NCBI RefSeq assembly: GCF_036321535.1
Contig: NC_087437.1
Span: 118,608,001-118,672,000 of the forward strand
DNA length: 64,000 bases
Direction of reading: 5' to 3'
From: Camelus dromedarius
Taxonomy: Eukaryota
Part shown: in pieces, positions 12,271 to 25,662 of the stretch
Layout: the number at the start of each line of letters is the position of its first letter
Position numbering within the stretch: position 1 is the first letter of the stretch
The notes under the pieces: model-generated
What the model was told of the DNA's origin: nothing
Database searches by the model: none
Seen by the model: the letters and a program-made list of their open reading frames with translations, nothing else
Made by a program: the position numbers and the translations under genes

Positions 12271-15200
12271 CCCATTTGTGAGCTCGCCCTTCAAAGTCAT
12301 AATGCGTGTCTCCTAGTTTACTCTTCTGGCGTGGAATCGTATCTTTAGGGTATAATTTTATGCTGTTGCCTTTTTCATTTGACGTCTTTTTTCTTTATAT
12401 ACACACACATACACTTTTATTTCTTCCTCCATTAAATTATTAATTCCTTGAAGATGACAGTCATGAGATTTCCTTCCCTCACACAGCCATGTGATGGTGT
12501 TTGTGGGAGAGCAATGTGTCTTGGTTGCAGTTTGGTGAATTTGGGATAAAGGAGTGGGGTTGGGGGATAGGGAGGGAGGAACCATTTTGGAAGAAAAAGG
12601 TAAATGATAATATTGCCTCTTCCCTGTTCTCAACTTTATGGGTGAAGTATGTTCCAGAAATGGAGAGTTGTTGGGGAAAGGATTGAAAGCTTTAGGAGAA
12701 ATACAGCCCAACAGAGGACACATATGCTGAGAGCTGGAGGCTTGAGTTATATTCTCAGCACTGCTCCTGACTCACACTGTAACTTTGAGCAAATCACTTA
12801 GCCCTTTCTGTCTGTCTCTTTAACTGTAAAGGAGAAATAGTAATCCCTGCCAAAGGCATTTTTGGAAGCCTGCAGTATCCTTGGATGAACAGCCCAGCAT
12901 AGAGTGATGTTATTAGAGTGATGTGTTTTCAGCATCTTTAAAATAATGTGCTCTTGGTGATTAAATTTTGGTCAGTCAAAGAGCAAAATGTGGACATTAT
13001 TTCATCAATAGTTTGTAACGGAAGTTACAACCCAGCCTGAGGACACAGGTGACTGTGGACTGGAGAGTAAATGGCATGTGTGCTGGTCAGCGGAGGCAGG
13101 GACTCAGAAGAAGCAGGAGGAGGCAGGCGTTCAGGGGGAGATCAGTTACTACGTCCAGGGCAGGCAGCAGCCATCAGAGCTGAAGGTTCACTGGGGACCG
13201 TCAGCCCCTTTTAGGACGAGCACTGGGTGAGTGTAACCGTATAATGAGGGAGGGTTGGCAGTTTTGCATTTAATTTGCATATCTCTGCATAAGAATCCAG
13301 TTCTGTTCTCACTTATGAGACTGTAGATATTTTTTGGGTTGACTTTGACATGTCCACATTTTCAGTCTTTAAAAATCTGCTTTCCCCTCTGTTTTCCTGA
13401 TTTCTTATTCATCGTGACAGGCAGTTGTGAACCATCACCTGGGGAGAAGCCCACCAGCTCCGCATCCCCAGCGATACCCCACGGGGGCAGTGCTGCGGGC
13501 GCCCTCCCAGCACCGCACTTCCGCCCGACTGAAGCCCTCCTAGCATCCAGGGCAACGATCAGGCCTGCTTATCACCAGCGTTTTAGAACAAGGCCCTTGC
13601 CCAGAAGCACTCGGGCATCAGCAGCAGTAGGCGGACCAAGGATTGCTAGTGCCCAGAAGAGCCGTGACGAAAGACACAGTGTCTCTGCCCCTGCACTATT
13701 TGCCCAAAACACATGGGCTGAATCCTGTTTGACTTGTTTAAAAACGCAGCCCCCAGCCCCAGCCCCAGCCCCCAGGCAGATTCTGGGGGTTTTTTCCACA
13801 TAATCCTAAAAACGTAACATAGTTTCAGTCTCAGTACCACGGCTTTGTGTCTTTGTGCTATTTTGGTTTTAAGGCAGGCATTTTTATTCTGAGAACCAGC
13901 AACACTGAAGCTTTCCCGTCGTGGTGCAGAATTTGCAGTCTGGAATTTTTATTGGAAGTCAGCGAGGACACACAGAGGACGGGGGAAAGATACAAACAGT
14001 TTGCATGGTGTTTGCATCAGTGTCATTGGTTGCGTTGTATTTGGCAATTTGGGGGGTTTTATTATGAAATTTGTTCACTCAGAGGTGGTGTCTGTGTGTG
14101 TGTGTGTGTGCGCGCACACGTACCTGGTCCCTGCTTACAGAGCCCGAAGTGCACATGTTTCGGCGGCAGCTGAGTACATCTGCCACCTTACCCTGGTTGA
14201 TGTTGACCCTCAGGAGCAGTTGTCTGTTTCATCACACCGACCAAGCTTGGCATCATTCATCAATCTAGCATATGTTTACTGAGGCCCTACTGTGCACCCA
14301 GCACGTACTAGGTGCCAAGGATACAATGAAGACTAGAATGAGCCCTTGTCTTGAAGAGGGGTTGACAGGCAGATGTGCCAGTCAGTGCAGGGTTCTAACC
14401 ACTGGAACCGGCCCCTGGATATGGCCGCTTCTTGATGTCCAGTGGGGACCAATGACTCCAGGTTCCGCCCCAGTGGGTCCTTGCTCATCTCCCTGTGAGT
14501 GGCAAGTGCAATGACCGTCATCTTCTTCGTGTGTCAGTTTGATCGCAGACCTTTTCTGCAGCACAACGCCTGGTTGCCTTTTCTGCTCAGATTTACTGTT
14601 CTTGTGCTTCCCAGTCCTGATGCCCAGCGCTCTGCCCTGCCAGGCCCATCCTCACCTTGCCCCCTACACAGCATCCTCTCCTTCGGTCATCACAGGGCAG
14701 CCCCTCCCTGCTGCTCCCCCCAAAACCACCACCCCTCACCCTCCAGCCGCAAGTCCTAGAATTCTTGGCTGCTTGGCGAATCTCAGCTTTTTCCTCCAAG
14801 TCTTTCTTGATGCTTTTGCCCTTTAGGACTAATCATTACAAGAATGTCCCTTTTTCCTACTTATTTTGCACTTTATTTTTTTTTTAACTTTTTAAAAAAA
14901 TATTTGCCATTTTGTCTTCTTAAGCCACTCTGTTCTCCTAACTGCCTAGCTTTGAACACTTGGCTGTTAAACAGAGATTTTTATTCCTGACATGATAATT
15001 GATTTGCCCGCTGATTGCTTTAAGTTTTGACTCATTTCCCCAAAGACTTTTGCTTCTAGGGGAATCTCAAGGGCCACACCCTGTGTGTATTGAACACTGC
15101 ATGGAACGTGCCAGAAATGGTCCCCGCACGGGTCAGACTCCTCCTCTGGTGATGCTGCATCCTCTCTGATTGTGATGGTCTCTCTCTCTTACTGAGGAAA

Positions 15201-15299
15201 CCACCCTACCTCTGTCATGCTGCCTACTTGGGAAATTCTCTTTGGCAGAAAGTGACATGATCACTTTGAAAAGATGGCATCCTGGGGCCACTTAGGGGC

Positions 15300-15740
15300 C
15301 CCTGCAGTAGCTCCTGAGAGAAGAGGACCAGGGGAGCAGCGATGGAGATGGCAGGTGTGGTCAGATTCAGGTTCAGTTTCAGAGGAAGCCCTGCAGACTC
15401 TGGCCAGGGCTTTGAGGTAGGGTAAGAGTTACTGACCAGTGCCCTGGGGTCTGAGTAACTGGGTGAGTCATGGACTTACTGAGACACAGGACCTTGAGAG
15501 GAGAGCAGATCTGGGTGGGGGCAGGGGATTTCCAGAGTTCAGGTTTTCAGATGTTACCTTTGAGATGCCAGTTGAGGGGCGAGTAGGCAGGTGGACATAA
15601 AAGTTACAGCTATGGCAGCAAAGGTCTCGACTGGAGACAGTGCACGGGGAAGGTGCAGAGGGCCGTGGGGCTGCTGGGTCCTGGGGAGGGAAGACAGGGG
15701 AGGACAGAGCCCTGGAGTTCTCTGATGCTTACAGGTGAGG
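15300..15740 (-). mobile_element. L2 LINE relic
   Basis: gagttcaggttttcagatgttacctttgagatgcc...gtaggcaggtggacata, typical of L2 in reverse. Confidence 0.55.
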
Positions 15741-15844
15741 CAGGTGACCCAGGGCGCCCTGGAGAGTCTGAGCACACTGCAGCCCCAACGGTGTTGTGAC
15801 ACTGCCTGATTCGTGTTTCTTGTTTCCTCTTTCCCTCTAAACAG

Positions 15845-16013
15845 CTTTACATCCAGCCCATGATGGGGGCTGGCCTGAATTATGAATGTTACCGGTTCGG
15901 CATCTCGCCGTCCACGAACGCGCTGGTGATCGGTGCTACAGTGATGGAGGGCTTCTACGTGGTCTTTGACAGAGCTCGGAAGCGGGTGGGCTTTGCAGCC
16001 AGCCCCTGTGCAG
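15845..16013 (+). CDS. BACE2: BACE2 coding exon 8, 169 nt, phase 0-1
   Basis: ctctaaacAG| ... |GTgagc. Translates LYIQPMMGAGLNYECYRFGISPSTNALVIGATVMEGFYVVFDRARKRVGFAASPCA. Confidence 0.97.
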
Positions 16014-17111
16014 GTGAGCGATGCTCGCGTCGGGCGGGGAGGCCCGACGAGGGCGCTTCATGCCAGGTGTAAGCAACTCTTAGGGACAAATCAGTTGTCG
16101 CTGAGTTATTTCGTCATACCTGCGATCAGCGATTAGTCTTATCAATAAAATGTACCATGGGATTGCAGAGAGGAACGGGCGAGAATGATCCATGGCAAAC
16201 TTGTTTGTTTGTTTTTGAATTAAAATTTTAATTTTAGAATAGTTTTAGATTTACTGATAAATTGTTAAGAGTGCAAAGTTCCCATACACCCACCCCCAAT
16301 TTCCCATAGAACAGTTTATATTTGTACGGTATATTTGTCACAGTAAATTAACCAATATTAATACATCATTATTGCTGTGAAAGGCAGCCTCGTGCACGCA
16401 ATTTTCAGCCTCCATTCAGCCACGTAAGAGTGAGCGTTGGGCTGGAATACCGCCCTACCGAGAGAGAAAAGCCATACAGCCTGTTCTGGGTTCATCACTT
16501 TGGGTGGGACTGTGGTTTCTGTTTTAGGTGCAGTGAGTGTACCTCTGTTCTGCTGAAGCATGAATGTCAAAGGCCCCCAGCTCTCAGTATTCCTAGATGC
16601 TGTGGGGAAGGGTTAGGGTCTTTCCCCGGCAACACCAGAAGGGCGCACATAGGACAGTTGCCCTGCATCAGCGATGGGAAGGAGCCACTGGCCCGGGACC
16701 TGTGCCCCCTGTTGAAACTGACCAGGCTCCGTCTCTTTGCTGTGTGGCAAAGCATCGCTCTGGCCGGTCTCTGATAATGTTGTATTTCCCTCGATCCATG
16801 GCAAACTTTTAGCCCAGTGCTTGGCACATGGCAAATACACAATAAACGTTAGTTATTACAATTATCTCTCACATTAAACTTAAAACGGCACTTCATACCA
16901 GCAGTGAAAATACTCTGTGGGACCTTGGGGATGAATTTCAGGTTTCTGACAGTGAAAGCAAGATGAATAAATAGAAACTTCATAGATAAGCTGTGTGTAC
17001 TTTTTCCTCAAAGATAATAGCCTCTGTGAGAAATAAGAAGTAAACACCTGTCATTGTTATCTCCCGAAGTCCTGAAATAATGAGAACAAGGAGCCTGTTC
17101 TTCTCACAGTA

Positions 17112-17378
17112 TTTTCTTTTAACTGAAGCACAGTTGATTTGCAAGTGCTGTGTTAGTTTCAGGGGTACAGCAAAGTGATTGGGTTATACGTATGTCTGGT
17201 GTGTGTGTGTGTGGGGGGGTATATATATTCTTTTTTGATTCTTTTCCACTATAGCTTATGACGAGATACTGAATATAGTTCCCTGTGTTACACAGTAGAC
17301 CTTTGCTGTTTGGCTGTTTTGTATACAACAGTGTGCGTCTGTTCAGTCCATACTCCCAATTTATCCCTCCTGCCCCCA
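17112..17378 (-). mobile_element. L1 3' end fragment (cetartiodactyl type)
   Basis: Reverse L1 3' UTR: ...gattcttttccactatagcttatgacgagatactgaatatagttccctgtgtta... Confidence 0.8.
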
Positions 17379-17839
17379 TGGAATTTTTTTTGGAGAGATG
17401 GTATGAGGGTGACCCAGCAGTGTTATTCTGCAAAGTCCAGCTGGAAGACTAGGTGGATCTCCAGAGAAACCAGGAGAGACCAATAAAGTTGATAGGACGG
17501 TTAACCCCCGTCCACCTGGAAATGCCTGCAGAGTTAGCAGCATGCTTGAAGTGGAGTGTTGACACAGCACACGGTTTAGTGGGAGGATCAGGTCCTTTGA
17601 TGAACAGCCCAAGCCAGTGAGGAAAAGGCAAATCACAGAAGTGCAGGAGACGGAATTGTGGGGGGAGTGGAGAAAGAGCACCCAGGGGGAAGCGGGGAGG
17701 GCTGCGGCGCCTAAGGTGGGGTTTCAGAGGCCCGAAAGCATCCCAGGACATTGGATTTGGGGTCAGGAACAGAAGGAAATCCCAAAGCCGTGCTGGTACC
17801 ATGCTAAGGGGGAGAACCATTAAGAAACGTGAGATACTT

Positions 17840-17928
17840 GGGGGAGGGTAGAGCTCACTGGTAGAGTGTGTGCTTAGCATGCACGAGGTCCTGGGTTCCA
17901 TCCCCAGTAGCTCCATTAAAAAAAAAAA
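17840..17928 (+). mobile_element. tRNA-derived SINE (camelid Vic-type)
   Basis: ggggagggtagagctcactggtagag (A box) ... gggttccatccc (B-box-like) ... A11 tail; matches the second copy at 63224. Confidence 0.85.
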
Positions 17929-19634
17929 GTACCAGGGTTAAAGGGGAATTAATAAATTGGGAATTTGAAAATTGCACCTTTTGGGGAGTGAAGGAAATGT
18001 TAGCTGTCCTCATGGTGGTAGTGGTTTCATTGGTGTGTCCATCTGTCAAAATGCATCAAAGAATACATCTGAAATATGTAAGTGTGTGTAGTTTACTGTG
18101 CAGGAACCATACCACAGTGAAGGAGGTAAAAATAATTTTTAAAAAATGAGACAGGGAAAGAAATGACAACCAAAAATTGGGGGTTGTAGCGAAATCCAAG
18201 ACCCCCATGGAGTGAAGGAAAAGAAGTATGAATTTGATGGGAAAAAAGTCCTAAACATGAGATGGAGTTGTGGGACAGGCAGGAATGCCGGCTGACCGCG
18301 CTGGCAGCCTCAGCTCTGACCAGACTTTCGCTGATTTAAAACCACCTGAGGAGTTTGGAGGAGAGCCAGGGAGGGGAGGGTGTGCAGGCAGGATGCCAGG
18401 TGATCGCAGCTGATTTATTCGGGAGGTGAAGTATGTTCAGTTATTATTTCTAACTACCACAATCGTGGTCTTCAAATAGGAGCCAGGTAAATAAAGCAGT
18501 TAAGTGATGCTTTATAGCCTTCTTCCAACACGCTGTCTATTCCCACAAAGTAAAATAACAGTTTGGAGAACAGAAGAAGAGAAATGTTAAGTGGAAAAAT
18601 TGTATCTGGAACATTAGGTCAGTTCATATTCCATGTAAATAAAATCACCCAACCCCATGTACATATTTGGAAAGTTGCAATATATCTTCTTAAATACCAG
18701 TGCAGATTTCTTTGACTTTGTATCAGTGAACAGACTCCCCACATTCTTGAGGCTTGCCATTTTTTTCTTAGTCACGAGTAACTGTTTACTTTTCAGATGC
18801 GTATTAACTCTTTCAGTCTGTTAGGTTATCACTGAAGGAGACCTTTCTCTGTGGCTCCCAGCTATGAGTATTTTCCTTCTGTTAACGCAGAGGATCTAAG
18901 AACTACAGCACTCCCCCCACAAGTCCTGTTCTCCGGTTAAGTACCACTCAAGCAGAGGGTGCTATGGCAACAGCTGCTGCAGCGTCCACTGTAGTTAAAT
19001 CAGCAGACAGCGTAATCACCGCATGTTTCCCGGGTGAATTGCTGTTGGAAATAGTTTAATATTAAGCATCTCCAAGCAAAGCAGCATTCTTCCCTGTGTT
19101 TCATCGTGAATCCTCTATTAGGTGCTCTTATACAAGTTCTTTGTTGCTGTTTTTTAAAGCTGTGTTTAAGGTTAGGGTACTTAAACGTTAGGTTTCATAG
19201 GCGATGGGAATATTCCATGATATGCCTCCTCTTTAGTGCAAATTGTTTAGCCGTTCAAGTAATTACTTCCCTCAGGACAGCAATTAGGAGCCAGACTGTG
19301 TTCTAAAGCACCAGAGTCAATGGAAAAGATGCCCTGCCTTTTTTTGTCCTTTTTAAAAAGTGTTTATTTTTAAGTTATAACATGTTTTATATAACAAAAT
19401 GTTTTAAGTTGCAAGAAATCCTGTACTGTGTACACACTTATGGAGCACCCAGATTTAACAAATGCTAACATTTTGTCATGTTTTCTTCAAAATTTTGTCA
19501 CAGAAATAAAAACAAATATGGCTTACACCCCATCGCACCGCCTTCCCCAGGAATACTCTTTATCCTGAAATTGGTGTATGTTCTTCTCATAATCGCTGTG
19601 CACTTACAATTTCACTATGTGGTTATCAGTACCC

Positions 19635-20120
19635 GGGATTGGTAATCTATTGCTGTGTAACAATTAACCCCAAATTTAGAAGCATCCTGGGGCCTTGTGC
19701 AGGTGCTGAGGGCCAGGAGTCCAGGGGGAGTCTAACTGGGTGGTTCCGGCCCAGGGTCTCCCGCGAGGCTGCAGCCGCCTGAAGGCTGGAAGGGCCACCT
19801 CCAAGCTGCCTCGCGTGGCTGTTTGGAGAAGCCCTCTTTTCCCACCATGTGGACTCATCACAGGCCTGTCTGAATGTCTTCAAGGTGGGGCACTGGTCGC
19901 CCCAGAGCAAGAGACCCCAGAGAGAGAGACCGCCCAACAGAGCCCCAGCACAGAACCGCAGGTGTTTATAACCTGATCTCAGGGGCGATGTGCTGTCCCC
20001 GCTGCCCTGTTCCCATGTCTCACAGAGCAGCCCTGGGGCCAGACGGGTGGCGGCTTCGCTGCACAGGAGGGCACACCAGGCAGCAGGCTGGCGGGGGCCA
20101 CCTTAAAGCTGTCTGCCATG
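19635..20120 (-). mobile_element. MaLR (MLT1F-like) solo LTR
   Basis: atctattgctgtgtaacaattaaccccaaattta... and ccaccatgtggactc...ggccaccttaaagctgtctgcca. Confidence 0.7.
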
Positions 20121-20339
20121 TCCCTGTGGAGAAGTGCTCACAACTGAACACGGGATGGTTGGTTTGGGCCTTTTGCTACTTCTTAATTCCCGTGAGCTCC
20201 GTGGTGGTGCGCACAGGCTGTCAGTTTGCCTTCACCGCTCAGCGTTACGGTTGCTGGATTTTCCGTGACCAGTTCGTCTGTAAATTCAGTGCAGTCATGA
20301 TCTGCAAATAACACATTTTTTTAATAATTTCTCATTTTA

Positions 20340-22790
20340 GATCTTTTGTTTATATCTTTGTATCTTTTATTTTTCTTCTGTGATGCCTTTAGAGGCAACA
20401 TTGAATAGAAATGGTGATGGACGTTTTTGTCTCTTTCCTTACTTTAATCAGAATAGTCATCGTACTGCACCACGGAGCATGATGCACTGGATAGGTTTGT
20501 GGAATCTCCTTCTAATTCTCCGTTAAGGGATTCCCAGCTGCTGAAATTGTTTAGTATGAATGAAAAAAAAATGACATTTTCTACTAGTGTTAAACAAACT
20601 CGTCCTCAGTGACCCAGCAAGGTCGCTCTCAGGTGTGTGCAAAGGAGAGATGCATGTGCGTGACCACCCACGGACTTGACCAGAAGCGGCTTTGTTCATA
20701 AAACTAACCGAAAGGCTGCTTTCATTTAGCAATTACGTGAAACTGTGACTCTTATCAAACTGAAAAACAGCCCACAGTCCTCCAAAAGAGAATGGATAAA
20801 CAAGTTGTTTACACTACACAGCAATTTTCTTTCTGCTGAAGAATGAACCTTAGGATTTCTTTTATAAAAGTCTGTGGAAGGTAAATTTTATTTTGCCGCA
20901 ACTCTTGAATCATAATTGAGCTGCGTGCAGATCTAAGTCTGCCGTCTTCCCTTAGTGTTCTGAAGATGCTGTGTCCTTAATCTCCTGCCGTCACAGCTGC
21001 TGATGCACAGACCTCGGTGAGTTTCAGCTGTTTCACCTTTAAGGGCAACGTGCTCCTTCTGTCCAGTTGCTGTTGAGACTCCTTTTATTGTAACTGTCGG
21101 TGTTCTGAACGTTCATCGTGATGTATCTAGATAGAGCTTACTTTTTTCATCTTGCTCAAGACTCACTGTCTGATTCTGATAATTCATGGTTTTCACCATC
21201 AGCCCTAGGAAATTCTCCCCATCACCTCCTCCGCTCTTGCCTCACACGCATTCTTTCTAGTCTCTCCATCTGGATGTCCTGGAAGAAGTAAACGTGGGGA
21301 GGTCTCATCATTCCCTCCACATCCCTTGACCTTTCGTTCCTGCCTTCCTCTGTATCTTTGCTGCATCTTGTGAAGGTTCCTTGGGTGCGTCTTAGATTGG
21401 AGGATTCTCTCTTCAGCTACATTCCATCTACTACTTAACCTATTCAGTGAGCTTTTCATTACACAGACTGTGCTGTTCATTTCCAGAAACTATTCTGTAC
21501 TTTCTCAAACGTACTGTTTTACTTTTCTGTAGTGTTCTGTAATAATTTCGTGGTGGCTTATGCTTCCCTTTATCTCCTTTATCATTTTTTATTTAATTTT
21601 AAAAAGCACCTGGGCAGTATTGGAAAGGCACAGTGAGTTATACTGTGCCCCACTCTCTGAGTCAATCACATAAGTACATAGTCTTCCCTCATTACTGTTT
21701 TTTTTGAGCCTCATGATCTCCTGTTGTGTGGATGTTTCCTTGTTTATTTAACTAACCCTTATGGATAGACATTTCAGTGGTTCCTAATCTTGCTGTTATG
21801 ACAGCCCTGTGGTGGTCACCGTTTACATACGCCCATAAGTAAGAACATACACGTCTAGGTTGGATTCCAAGAAGTGGAATTCCTGGGGTGAAGGGTGGAG
21901 CATTTGCAACCTTGACACCGTGGCGTGTGGCCTTGCACGGGGTTACACGCCTTTGTACCTGGCCGCACCAGTTCTCCGCTAAGGCATGTGAGGGCCTGCT
22001 TCTCCAGTCAGACTCACCAACGTGGTGTCATGCTTTGGGGGATTTTGCCAATCTGACAGGTGGGGAAGACTGCCTCAGTGTAATTTTAGTTGCATTACTT
22101 TATACGGATGAGGTTGAGTTTCCTTTCATACATCTAAGGGTGTTTGTTTTTCCTTGTCTGTGAACTATCCACTCTTTTCCCCATTTCTGTTCCTGTTGGG
22201 TTATTAGTTTTTTGTATCAGTTTGTAGGCTCTCTTTATGTAATGGAGTAAGTAACCACTTGGAGAAAAAAACAGTAAAATTCGTATTTCAATTATAAATT
22301 ATTTTTAAACTTGGCTTATGATGAATTATAGTGTAAACATGTTTACTCTCATGCATTTAAATAAATCAGTCTTTTAAGGCTCTTGGGTTTAATGTCCCAT
22401 TTTCAGTACCGTCCTCACTGAAATTATTTTGTGAGATATTTAAGACCTTTTATGTTGGATTTCCCTTGGCATAGAATGTATGGATTAAATCTTTTTCCCC
22501 AAGGTGACTGCCAGATTATTTCTGTAACGTTTATCAAATGATCTATCTTTTCTTCACTAATTTGAAGCCCCACTATTATTACATACCAAATTCCATACTG
22601 GGAGATAAATATTTATTCTAGAGTTCCTATTTTATTCCATTGATATGTCTTAAAGTAATCATTTCATTATTCTTCTTTATTCAAAACTTCCGTGCTATTC
22701 TTTCTTAATTTTCTTTTCCTTTATGAACTTTCAAATTAGCTGGTTTAGTTAAAAAAAAAAAACTTGTTGGCATTTCGGTGAATTTTTAAT
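20340..22790 (-). mobile_element. Fragmented old L1 (L1M-type) relics
   Basis: T-rich tracts with L1 antisense hallmarks (aagtggaattcctgggg, ttgccaatctgacagg...gttgcatt). Confidence 0.55.
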
Positions 22791-25160
22791 CGCATAAAAC
22801 ACAGCTATTGTATAATTCAAGCAGGTTGTTGTCTTTTCTGTCATTTATGAAACCTAATCTGCTTGTTTTTGTGTCTGATGCCTGTTCTCTTGTGGGGGAT
22901 GTTTTTCTCACTTGGTTGTCGTTTTTTGTTGTGAGCTTAATCTTTAGCAAGAGTGTTTTTTTTTCCCCACCCAAGAGAGTTCAGTGCAGTTTGGATTGTA
23001 AAAATGCTACTATAAAGCAATTTTGCATTTTCCTGTCGAGTGGTTTCAGACTATGAGAAGTGCAGGATTTCTACACCAAACTGTGTAAATTTAGCTGCCA
23101 GCCATGCTCGAGGTGTCTGTTTGGAGGTTCCGTTTCTCATGGGAGAGCCTTCCTTGCCCTCAGCTCCCACCCCTGCTCAGGTCTTGGAAAAAGCCCGCCT
23201 TCCTTGTTGGCAGAGTTTTCCTGGCTCCCTCACTGCTGGGCCAGCCTTCACTGGCATCCCATCTCTAGCGCCCCTGTCCTTGGTGCTGGAGTCAAGTCTT
23301 CTGTCCACCGCCCCCCCCCCCATCCTCTGGTTATTGGAACCCCTAGGGACTATTTCTGGGCTCAGCTACATATTTAAAATTGAGGGCTGTTTTATCCTCA
23401 GCTCTATGTGTTATAGTGGGAGGAAGTTCTAGCTTTGCACAAACCAGCACTTGAAAAATTTGGGGGGGCTGCCCTTCTCCACCAGTATCTTTATTTTGGT
23501 TTTCATAATAATCTGTTTGTCAGACAACACTTAGCTTGTAGGACTAGGCTTCTCTTTAAGGCTTGGAGCAGGGTGAGGGGAAGAGCAGTGAGTGGGAGCT
23601 CTTTGATTAGAATTTCCTGGGGAGCTTTTTAAAGGATGCACGTTCTACATCCTCACCTCCTTTTTCAGCCAAGGTATATAAGAATGGTGGTGGGTGGGAG
23701 GGTGATGGGTATTTTGAAAAAAGATCTCCAGATGCTTCTCTTATGCTGCCCCTGCTTCTCCTCAACTCACCCTCCACTCCTACGGACATTTGTTATTCTA
23801 GTCTCACACCAGAGCCAGATAAATAAGGTGTGTCATGGAGCTGGCCAACCTGGGTCTCACATACCTGGAACAGATATTGGGGACAGGAGCACTTTGAACT
23901 GCCTCTCTGCTGCCTGGGACGAGGGTCCTATAGCTCGGAAAATAATAGAGTGTAAAAATTGACAACTCTCTCTTAATGTATCCAAAGCTTCTGAAATACC
24001 ATCCATCCCTTTTTATAGATTGAGACATTTAGCACCCAAGAACTGTAGATTTCAGCTTAGACAACTTGCGATGCAGTGTGGATTGTGACAGTCGTCTCAC
24101 TGGGAATTTTTCCCTGCTGCAGGTTGAAATTGGATCAACTGGTTCATGTCTAAAAATAGGAAAGTTAGCTGTTAAGAACAGAGTCTCAGAGATATGCCTC
24201 TGCCATATACTTACAATTATAACCAAAAGATGCCCAAACCAAGGACCCTTCAAGACATAGGTTAGGCAGCCCTGCTTTCTCATTTTACAGAAAGGGACAC
24301 TGGTGCCTCGGGAGAGTGAGTGGCTTCACACGGTCGCAGAGCAGAGTGGCCGTGGGTCCAGGGCACTCTTACACGTAAACCACACCTGCTCAAAAAGCAT
24401 CTCAGAACCACCCAATCCATCCGAGGAGACAAGTCACTTCATTTTGTATGGTATGGTGCAAAAGACCTGACCGTATGATTTTTATAGTCGGTAAAAGGAG
24501 ATATATTCCCCGGGCATTCATTATCAAATGATCCTGACCTTCCAGGAGACAAGACGGAAAATACGTAATTAAAATTTTAACCCAAGACCTTGATGAAAAT
24601 TTAAAGTAACAGTATATTAACAGCGGACACTTAGTGAACACTGACCTTACCCCAGGCACTGTATAAAGTCTAAACGTCTATTGACAAGACTGCTATTATT
24701 ATCTTCACAGATGGGGAAGCTGAGAGGCAAAGAAGTTACTTGACCAGAATGACACAGCTCATTAGTGGCAGCTAGCATTTGAACCGTAGGGACCGTGGTC
24801 TTAGCCACGGCACACCATGGCCTCTCATAAATAGATCCACTATGAAAAATTAAAATCTGTCCTGTGACCACAGAATTAATAATATATGTAATAAATGTGC
24901 ATACCATCCAGTGAGTGGCATTTCTAGAAAATACCCTCCAGAAGTAATTTTAAATCAACTTTCCTTCAGCGTTGAGTAGCTGGTAAGCAAATGTGAGAAT
25001 GCTCTTGTTTCCAGACAATGCATTATGTCTGACAACTTTAAATTGGTCCTAGTTTTCAGAAACTCAAAACAAAATACAGAACTTTCTTGATGATAAAAAT
25101 AGTACATGTACATTAAAGAAAATTTGATTTTGTTGGGTTTATTGTATTTATATATCTGTA

Positions 25161-25662
25161 CAGATGGTCCTTGACTTACGAGGGTTTGACTTGCGATTTT
25201 TCAACTTGACGATGGTGTGAAAGCAATACACATTCAGCAGAAACTGTACTTCGAATTGTGAAGTTCGATCTTTTCCCAGATGAGCGCTATGCAGACTGAT
25301 GCTTTTGTGAGGCTGGGCTGCAGCAGCCGCAGGTCCCAGGGAACCTCCCCATCAGGAGGGTGAACAGTCAGTACACTGACAACCGTTCTGGACCCAGACC
25401 ACCATTCTCTTTTTCACTTCCCGTACAGTGTTCAATACATTACAGGAGACAGTCAGCACTTTGTTATAAAATAGGCTTTGTGTCAGATGATTTTACCCAC
25501 CTGTAGGCTAATGTAAGTGTTCTGAGCACATTTAAGGTAGGCGAGGCTGAGCCAGGATGCTCAGTAGGTTGGGCGTATTAAATGCATTTTTGAATTAACG
25601 ATATTTTCAATGACATTTGGGTTTACTGGGACGCCACCCCACCGTAAGTTGAGGAAGGTGTG
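25161..25662. mobile_element. Tigger-family non-autonomous DNA transposon (MER47/Tigger5-like)
   Basis: TA|CAGATGGTCCTTGACTTACG at left and a degenerate inverted terminus CGTAAGTTGAGGAAGGTGTG at right. Confidence 0.75.

Noticed and set aside
12985..13362. 13-bp inverted repeat aaaatgtggacat / atgtccacatttt as MITE termini
   Set aside because: No TSD seen, and a match of this length and spacing is plausible by chance in 64 kb.
13339..13803. 154-aa ORF or cryptic exon in intron 7
   Set aside because: No recognisable homology; splicing from exon 7 at the AG near 13420 reads a different frame that stops after ~40 codons.
17840..17928. tRNA gene
   Set aside because: It has an A-tail and a second diverged copy in the window, so it is a tRNA-derived SINE.
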